This document shows, in pieces, positions 58,189 to 64,000 of a DNA stretch of 64,000 nt. Numbering within the stretch: position 1 is the first letter of the stretch; every line of letters begins with the position of its first letter. A program made the position numbers and the translations under genes. The DNA is taken from the NCBI GenBank assembly GCA_028286905.1, contig JAQBQP010000002.1, forward strand, positions 453,358 to 517,357. The letters run 5' to 3'. The notes under the pieces were generated by a model that was not told the origin of the DNA, searched no databases, and was given only the letters and a program-made list of their open reading frames with translations. The stretch is from Candidatus Doudnabacteria bacterium (GTDB lineage: Bacteria > Patescibacteriota > Doudnabacteria > UBA920 > VMFF01).

Positions 58189-59052
58189 CTACTTATGCAG
58201 GGTTATTCCAAGCGATTCAGCAAAACGATCAATCCCTTCCACACCATGCACGCGCACCCGAGGCATCTCGTATGCGTTTTTATTTTCGCCGTAAAATCCT
58301 GGAGCGGTAGTGAAAGCCATTTTAAAACCACTGCCGGCAACAATCGCTTCTGTTTCTAAATCATGGTGCCCATAAGGATAAACAAAGGTAATCGGTGCTG
58401 TATGCAGATGCGCTTGGATATCTTTGAGACTGCCTTGAATTTCGTTGATCTTATCCTGATGGGAATATTTTCTGGATGTGAAATCGATATGGTGCTGGCT
58501 ATGCGAAACTATTTCCATTCCGACGGTTTGTGCTCCTAAAATTGTCGGCCAGCTAGCATATTCGGAGTTTGCAACATATTGAGTTATTACCGCGAAAGAA
58601 CCAGTCATGCGATATTTAAGCAAAGTTGGAATAGCATTCTTAAAAGCATCATCAAAACCATCGTCAAAAATTATAACGCACGGTTTTTTTGCCAAATCTA
58701 CTTCGCCCTGCTGGTATTGATACAACGCCTGAGTACTAATGCAGCTATAGCCGGCGGCATATAAAAACTTTACTTCTGCTTCGAAGTCAGCAGTGCTAAC
58801 AGTTAAGTCTCTTCGGTAACGATCGGGGTTAGAGGGCATTTCACCAATGTGGTGATACATCAAAACCGGCACCCGTACCGAACGCGGTATTCCTGGTTGA
58901 GCCGCGGGATGAATATTTATTTCTGCCGGAAGCTCTGATACCGGCGGCGTGCTGAATACCGGAGCGCTGTTATCTGGACGGGTAAATACTCCAAAGATAA
59001 TTAAAAGTCCGGCCACAAATAAAATTCTGCCCAATTCTCTGATATATTTCAT
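58189..59052 (-). CDS. Polysaccharide deacetylase
   Basis: VPVLMYHH, IFDDG, SHSQHH, FVYPYG. Confidence 0.92.
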   Translation of the reverse strand: MKYIRELGRILFVAGLLIIFGVFTRPDNSAPVFSTPPVSELPAEINIHPAAQPGIPRSVRVPVLMYHHIGEMPSNPDRYRRDLTVSTADFEAEVKFLYAAGYSCISTQALYQYQQGEVDLAKKPCVIIFDDGFDDAFKNAIPTLLKYRMTGSFAVITQYVANSEYASWPTILGAQTVGMEIVSHSQHHIDFTSRKYSHQDKINEIQGSLKDIQAHLHTAPITFVYPYGHHDLETEAIVAGSGFKMAFTTAPGFYGENKNAYEMPRVRVHGVEGIDRFAESLGITLHK

Positions 59053-59053
59053 T

Positions 59054-60160
59054 TTATTGTGCCGTAACAGTGTTAGCAGGAGGAACTATTTCAATCCAAA
59101 TCTGACCGCGGTTTAAAGCAATCTCATTACCGGTTTGGTCAAAATATTTTGTGCGACCATCAACCAGTTTCCAGGTACCGTGAATTACCCCGCCATCCAT
59201 ATAAACATCAGCGTCACCGCCCTCGCGAGTACCCATGCTGATCGCATAAAGAGTGTCGGATTTTACCGGCCAATTACGGACGCGCTGCACTATAAGATCT
59301 TTAGCATTTACGCTTTTATTATTACCAGCGTCGATTGTGGCCACACCAGCGTTATATCTTTTATATGTGTTTGTTTTAGAGTCATAAAGCCATTTCACAG
59401 TGTAAGCCGGCAAAGAAAAATTTATGTTTATCTTTGATGCAGTTGGTTGCGCTAAAGCGGCATCGTCTTTAAAAATGTAATCGCTGTAAGTTTTTGTGGC
59501 GCTAAATTTATCATGCTTAGCCATCGCAAACAATTTGTCAGTAGAACTATAAGTGTTATGCGGGGGCAAGCGCGGTGGAATACGGGTCATGTAAGCGCCG
59601 TTCACAAACTGATCCGCATCAGACAGTCCAGGAATGCCTTGCTTTAAATAATACAAGGCGTCACTATTGCCACCGACGTGGGCAAAGATTGCCCCTAGTT
59701 CTTGTGCCCAATCATTAAAATATGTTCTAGCGCTGCGAATTGGCCCGATTGATTTAACTTGTTGGGTTTGGAAAACCGCCAGGAATCGCGTAATGCCGCC
59801 TTCTGCCAAAGCTTCGTAGACAATATCTGCCTGAGAAAGTCCGGATTGCGGTCGAGCGGCAGGAAGATTTTCAATCACTACTGCAAAAGGACGCTGCACC
59901 AAAGCGCTTGGAGTCATTACGCCATTTATAGCAGGGATTTTATCAGCATTGGCTAAACTGTTTTGATAATCGCTTTGGGATTGAAAGATTTTTGAATCTT
60001 GTTCCGCTGCAGAGCCAGAAACGGTTTTAATGCTTTTCTTTGTAGCAGCGTGAACCATAGCGAAAATGCCAACAAAAATTATCAAAGCGGCAATGCCAAT
60101 GAATAAGTTTTTTCGTGGCTTATTTAGGTTTTTACTTGATCGATTCGAATAGCCTTGCAT
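59054..60160 (-). CDS. DUF3048 family protein
   Basis: RPQSGL..ADIVYE..AEGGITRF, GPIRSAR, PHN.Y. Confidence 0.9.
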   Translation of the reverse strand: MQGYSNRSSKNLNKPRKNLFIGIAALIIFVGIFAMVHAATKKSIKTVSGSAAEQDSKIFQSQSDYQNSLANADKIPAINGVMTPSALVQRPFAVVIENLPAARPQSGLSQADIVYEALAEGGITRFLAVFQTQQVKSIGPIRSARTYFNDWAQELGAIFAHVGGNSDALYYLKQGIPGLSDADQFVNGAYMTRIPPRLPPHNTYSSTDKLFAMAKHDKFSATKTYSDYIFKDDAALAQPTASKININFSLPAYTVKWLYDSKTNTYKRYNAGVATIDAGNNKSVNAKDLIVQRVRNWPVKSDTLYAISMGTREGGDADVYMDGGVIHGTWKLVDGRTKYFDQTGNEIALNRGQIWIEIVPPANTVTAQ

Positions 60161-60237
60161 AAAGTCATTATAACATATCAAAAATAAGCGATCGCACAAG
60201 TGCGATCGCTTATTTTTTGCCTGTAGTAAGGTATAAA

Positions 60238-60897
60238 CTATTCTTTCTTATCAGCTTTATCAGCTGCTTCATCTTCTGGTTTAGTTTCAGCTGCGCCTTC
60301 AACCTTAGAAACGTCTTCCACAATTGGAGCGGCTAATTCTGCTTCAACGTCACGAGGAGGGTTAACTTTAGCAACCATTTCTTCATGATCAGTCAAAATT
60401 TCTACTTTAGAATCAACTTTCAAATCTTTAACGTGGATAGAGTCTTCAAATGTATTCAAGACAGAAATATCAACCACAAAGTTGTGTGGCAAATCTGCTG
60501 GCAAACATTCTACTTCTACTTCCTGCAATACTGTTACCAATGTACCGCCATTTGCTTTAACAGCATTTGAAACACCAATAAATTCTAATTGTACTGTTGC
60601 TTTCAATTTTTCAGTCATACTTACTTCGTAGAAATCGGCATGAATGTATTTACCTGTTAAGTAATGTCTTTGAACATCTTGGATAATTACATTCTTTGCC
60701 TTGCCTTCAATAACTAGATTAACCAAGGTTGATTCTCCAGCCTTACGAAAAGCTTTATCAAACAAAGAATAGGACAACGCCAAATGTTCAGTAGCTTTGC
60801 CATGTCCGTATATGATTGCAGGGATTGAACCTTCTTTTCTTAGTTTTTCAACTGAGTAAGTTGGTCTAGCAACTGCTTGTAATTCAATCTTTTCCAT
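60238..60897 (-). CDS. rplY: 50S ribosomal protein L25/Ctc
   Basis: LRKEG.IPAIIYG, HADFY, VECLPADLP; start 60897. Confidence 0.95.
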   Translation of the reverse strand: MEKIELQAVARPTYSVEKLRKEGSIPAIIYGHGKATEHLALSYSLFDKAFRKAGESTLVNLVIEGKAKNVIIQDVQRHYLTGKYIHADFYEVSMTEKLKATVQLEFIGVSNAVKANGGTLVTVLQEVEVECLPADLPHNFVVDISVLNTFEDSIHVKDLKVDSKVEILTDHEEMVAKVNPPRDVEAELAAPIVEDVSKVEGAAETKPEDEAADKADKKE

Positions 60898-61003
60898 TCT
60901 ATAAAACCCCGGGTACTCTTTCCGCACTAATAAGTAGTGCGATACCATCCCCTTTTAATGTGCACGTATTCTAACAGCTTTAAGTGGTTTTGCCAAGTGC
61001 TGA

Positions 61004-61360
61004 TTATTTCCCTAATGCCCGGGCAAAGTCCCCATCAAAACCATTCAAAAACTGATGCACGCTATAGACATCGTCTGCGCGCAAAGGGTCTTGTTTGGAA
61101 AACTTCTTGGTATCATTGCTGGTTAGATCTGTAACCATAACCGCCGAGAAAATCTCCCCGCCTTCAATAGAAATGCCAAAAACTACCGAGCTTTTGCATC
61201 GGGTACAGTCAGAATGTACTAATAAAGTTGCGTGGGTTTGGTCTTCTTGCTTAGTATCAATGATTTTGGTGGTTTCCAAGTTGTATTCGTAACCGCAAAT
61301 CGGACAGCGCAGGGCTTTGGATAACCATTCTATAACCTTTTTGAAATCGATTCTTTTCAT
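61004..61360 (-). CDS. Zinc-ribbon conserved hypothetical protein
   Basis: CPIC...H..C..C, TDL, FDGDF. Confidence 0.75.
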   Translation of the reverse strand: MKRIDFKKVIEWLSKALRCPICGYEYNLETTKIIDTKQEDQTHATLLVHSDCTRCKSSVVFGISIEGGEIFSAVMVTDLTSNDTKKFSKQDPLRADDVYSVHQFLNGFDGDFARALGK

Positions 61361-61442
61361 TTTTTTCCTTCCTTAATTTCATTTTAACAGAGTCGATTTT
61401 TCAGTCAATTATTTATTTTGAGTTTAGCTTAATTAAGCCGTT

Positions 61443-62540
61443 TCAGAGCCGAATTCCTCTGGCGTTAATTGCTACCGCTTCTGCAATACCCATGCTAATT
61501 GCAACAGTGAGTAGCGAACTGCCTCCGTAGCTAAGCATTGGCAAAGGAATTCCGGTAACCGGCATAATCCCCATGTTCATACCAACGTTAATAACCACCT
61601 GAGAGAGCATCATAAAAAATATTCCGATAATCAAAAAACGCGACAAATCATCCCGGCACTGCCGATAGATAATCAGTAATCTAAATAACAAAATAAAGTA
61701 AAGGGTAATGATTACCATTGAACCCAAAAAACCAAGCTCCTCTGATGCCGAAGCAAAAATAAAATCGGTTTGCCTTTCAGGTAAAAACCGTAACTGGCTT
61801 TGCAAGCCTTTGCCCAAGCCACGCCCAAACACCCCGCCAGAACCAATCGCAATTGTCGCCTGGCGAACATTGTAACCTTTACCTTTTGGATCGCGATCCG
61901 GATTTAAAAATATTTCAATTCTATTTTTCTGATAATCGTGCAGCAAAGTTTTCCATGCTACTCCAGAAAATAACGCCAGTGCAATGAACAGATAGATAAA
62001 AACTTTTTTATTAACCGTACTGAAAAATAACATTCCCAACCAGATTACAAAAATTACAATTGCCGAACCTAAATCCGGTTGTTTTGCAATTAAAAGCATT
62101 GGAATCAAAACGTATAAAAAAGACAGGCTAACATTTTTAAAAGTGTTGATCTCCCCTCTTCGAAGTGCAAAAAACCGCGCTAAAACTAAAACCATAATTA
62201 ATTTCATCAATTCTGCCGGCTGCAAATTGATCACCCCTAGGTTAAACCAGCGGCTGCTTCCCTGTACTGCTCTACCTACTAAAATCAGCCCGCCTAATAA
62301 GGCTACGAATAGCAAGTAATAATAGCGGCTTTGCTTAGTTAAAGTACGATAATCAAAAAAAGCAAAAAATAAAAACAACCCGATCGCAATTAAAGAATAA
62401 ATAATTTGATGGTAAAAAATTGCTTTACTGCCATTTAAGCTAGTGCTATATATCAAAGAAAGACCAACCAGCAATAAAAGAAAGCAGATTACTGCCACCG
62501 TTATGTCCAAATATTTAATCTTTGAAAAAAAGTTATTCAT
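61443..62540 (-). CDS. rodA: Rod shape-determining protein RodA
   Basis: QPAELMK, QPDLG, AIGSGG..G.G, LPE..TDFIF, PVTGIPLP..SYGGS. Confidence 0.93.
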   Translation of the reverse strand: MNNFFSKIKYLDITVAVICFLLLLVGLSLIYSTSLNGSKAIFYHQIIYSLIAIGLFLFFAFFDYRTLTKQSRYYYLLFVALLGGLILVGRAVQGSSRWFNLGVINLQPAELMKLIMVLVLARFFALRRGEINTFKNVSLSFLYVLIPMLLIAKQPDLGSAIVIFVIWLGMLFFSTVNKKVFIYLFIALALFSGVAWKTLLHDYQKNRIEIFLNPDRDPKGKGYNVRQATIAIGSGGVFGRGLGKGLQSQLRFLPERQTDFIFASASEELGFLGSMVIITLYFILLFRLLIIYRQCRDDLSRFLIIGIFFMMLSQVVINVGMNMGIMPVTGIPLPMLSYGGSSLLTVAISMGIAEAVAINARGIRL

Positions 62541-62548
62541 TTAATTCA

Positions 62549-63370
62549 TTATTTGATATTTTCGGGATCTAAAACGTTGGTTTCAATTATTATCCGCGGT
62601 GTGCCAGACACTTGTGTTGCTAATGGAATTGGCCAAAACATTTTATAATCTCGAACTTCTTTAGGTGCCAAAGTGTTTTCGGTGCGCTGATTTACGCCAA
62701 TGATCTTATTGTTTTTATCAAAAACCACCGCACTAATTCGCACTGCACCGATTGTGGAATTGCTTTGATTGCTAATATTGCTTTGCAGGGTAAAACCGAT
62801 CGGATCAGTTTGGTCTTGATATTGCGGAATACCGGCTTTAATTAAAATGTTTGGGATACTGAACCTGCGCTTCCAAACTGGATCAGTAATTTCAACTTGA
62901 ACTTGATCCGGCTGTTGCTTTAAATGAATGTTTGGTAAGATCAAATATTTTTGTTCACCGCCAAGCAAATAGGTTTTATCGCTATCACTACCCAACTCCT
63001 TACCGGCAGCGTCCAAAAATATAAATTTATACTTTAGCTCTTTTGTAGAAAGATCTTGGTTTGGATTTTTTATTAAGGCATAAGCGGAATAATTATCACC
63101 AACCATTGTAAGCGCTTTAGTTTCTACTATTTGCACTGGCAAGGCTTGAACTATCGCTTGATGTGCAGTAATTTCATTTTTTGAGAAACCATTAAGGTAT
63201 ACTTCGGCGACCGCAAACTTTGCAACAAAATAAATCGGAATCAAAAGAATAATAAGAACAAAAAAAGCACGACGGTTAAATTTTGAAAAATTGGCGAAGA
63301 AGTCTTTCAACTTAAGCTCCTTCTCGGCAACCTCAATTTCAAGCTTTTGTTTTTCTATTGATTCGCTCAT
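62549..63370 (-). CDS. Membrane-anchored protein with two Ig-like (FxLYD-like) domains
   Basis: TM followed by repeated I.N.N...F.D..G..G patterns. Confidence 0.65.
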   Translation of the reverse strand: MSESIEKQKLEIEVAEKELKLKDFFANFSKFNRRAFFVLIILLIPIYFVAKFAVAEVYLNGFSKNEITAHQAIVQALPVQIVETKALTMVGDNYSAYALIKNPNQDLSTKELKYKFIFLDAAGKELGSDSDKTYLLGGEQKYLILPNIHLKQQPDQVQVEITDPVWKRRFSIPNILIKAGIPQYQDQTDPIGFTLQSNISNQSNSTIGAVRISAVVFDKNNKIIGVNQRTENTLAPKEVRDYKMFWPIPLATQVSGTPRIIIETNVLDPENIK

Positions 63371-63404
63371 GGTGACTTAATTATACCATGTTATAATGAA
63401 CTCA

Positions 63405-64000
63405 ATGAAATTCACCCATCTCCACGTGCATAGCCACTTTTCCCTATTGGACGGACTCTCTCAGATTGAGCCGCTTTTAGAACGCGCCCAGGCGCTAAAT
63501 TTCGAAGCACTGGCTCTAACCGACCATGGCGTAATGTATGGCGCAATCGAGTTTTATAATAAAGCACTGGAATTGGGCATTAAGCCGATTATCGGGTTTG
63601 AAGCTTACATTGCAATCCGAGACCTTACAGACAAGCAGGTTAAAGTCGACGACGATTACTATCATCTAACTTTAATTGCAAAAAACTATGAAGGCTACAA
63701 AAATTTAATCCAGCTAACCACCACCGCGCATTTAGACGGCTACTATTATAAGCCACGCATTGATAAGAACTTAATGCGCAAATACTCTGCTGGAATTATT
63801 GCCTTATCTGGTTGTCCGCGCGGTGAAATATACAAAGCTATAAAAAACAAAAGCTTAGATGCTGCGGAACAGGTGCTCAGCGAATACGTGGATATTTTTG
63901 GTAAAGAAAATTTCTTTTTAGAAGTGCAGCGCAACGAACGCGGCAACCGTGATGCTACAAATGAAAAAATTATCCAAGGCTTGGTAACTTTGGCGAAGAA
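63405..64000 (+). CDS. dnaE: DNA polymerase III alpha subunit (5' part, runs off the window)
   Basis: MKFTHLHVHSHFSLLDG, ALTDHG, KPIIGFEAY, YYKPRID. Confidence 0.96.
   Translation, partial: MKFTHLHVHSHFSLLDGLSQIEPLLERAQALNFEALALTDHGVMYGAIEFYNKALELGIKPIIGFEAYIAIRDLTDKQVKVDDDYYHLTLIAKNYEGYKNLIQLTTTAHLDGYYYKPRIDKNLMRKYSAGIIALSGCPRGEIYKAIKNKSLDAAEQVLSEYVDIFGKENFFLEVQRNERGNRDATNEKIIQGLVTLAK

Overview
Chromosomal window from an AT-rich bacterium that looks like Patescibacteria/CPR (inferred from the conserved CPR-type hypotheticals, short EF-Ts, type IV pilin, VirD4/HerA-like ATPase and many apparently leaderless genes). It uses the standard code (tRNA-Trp CCA, TGA stops). Housekeeping genes include dnaX, cysS, dusB, radC, lexA, rplJ/rplL, HU, msrA/msrB, rpmG, tsf, rpsB, rpmE, prfA, prmC, rplY, rodA, partial dnaE and four tRNAs. 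Four things stand out. (1) A ~500-nt GC-richer unit at 17673-18176 (- strand) has its own promoter and terminator, no convincing ORF and long-range pairings, so it is a candidate large structured ncRNA. (2) A ~13-kb accessory array downstream of tRNA-Trp has small gene modules separated by about 8-10 same-orientation degenerate repeats (tRNA-Trp 3' end + terminator hairpin + extended -10), with no integrase in the window. (3) About ten self-contained GC-rich single-gene cassettes share promoter and terminator parts. (4) A Fur/Zur-boxed module encodes a CooC-like ATPase, an SCO5389-like protein and YibE/F. A lexA operon contains an unannotated Cys/His microprotein. All calls come from motif recognition by eye; no searches or folding programs were run, and GC statements are visual estimates.
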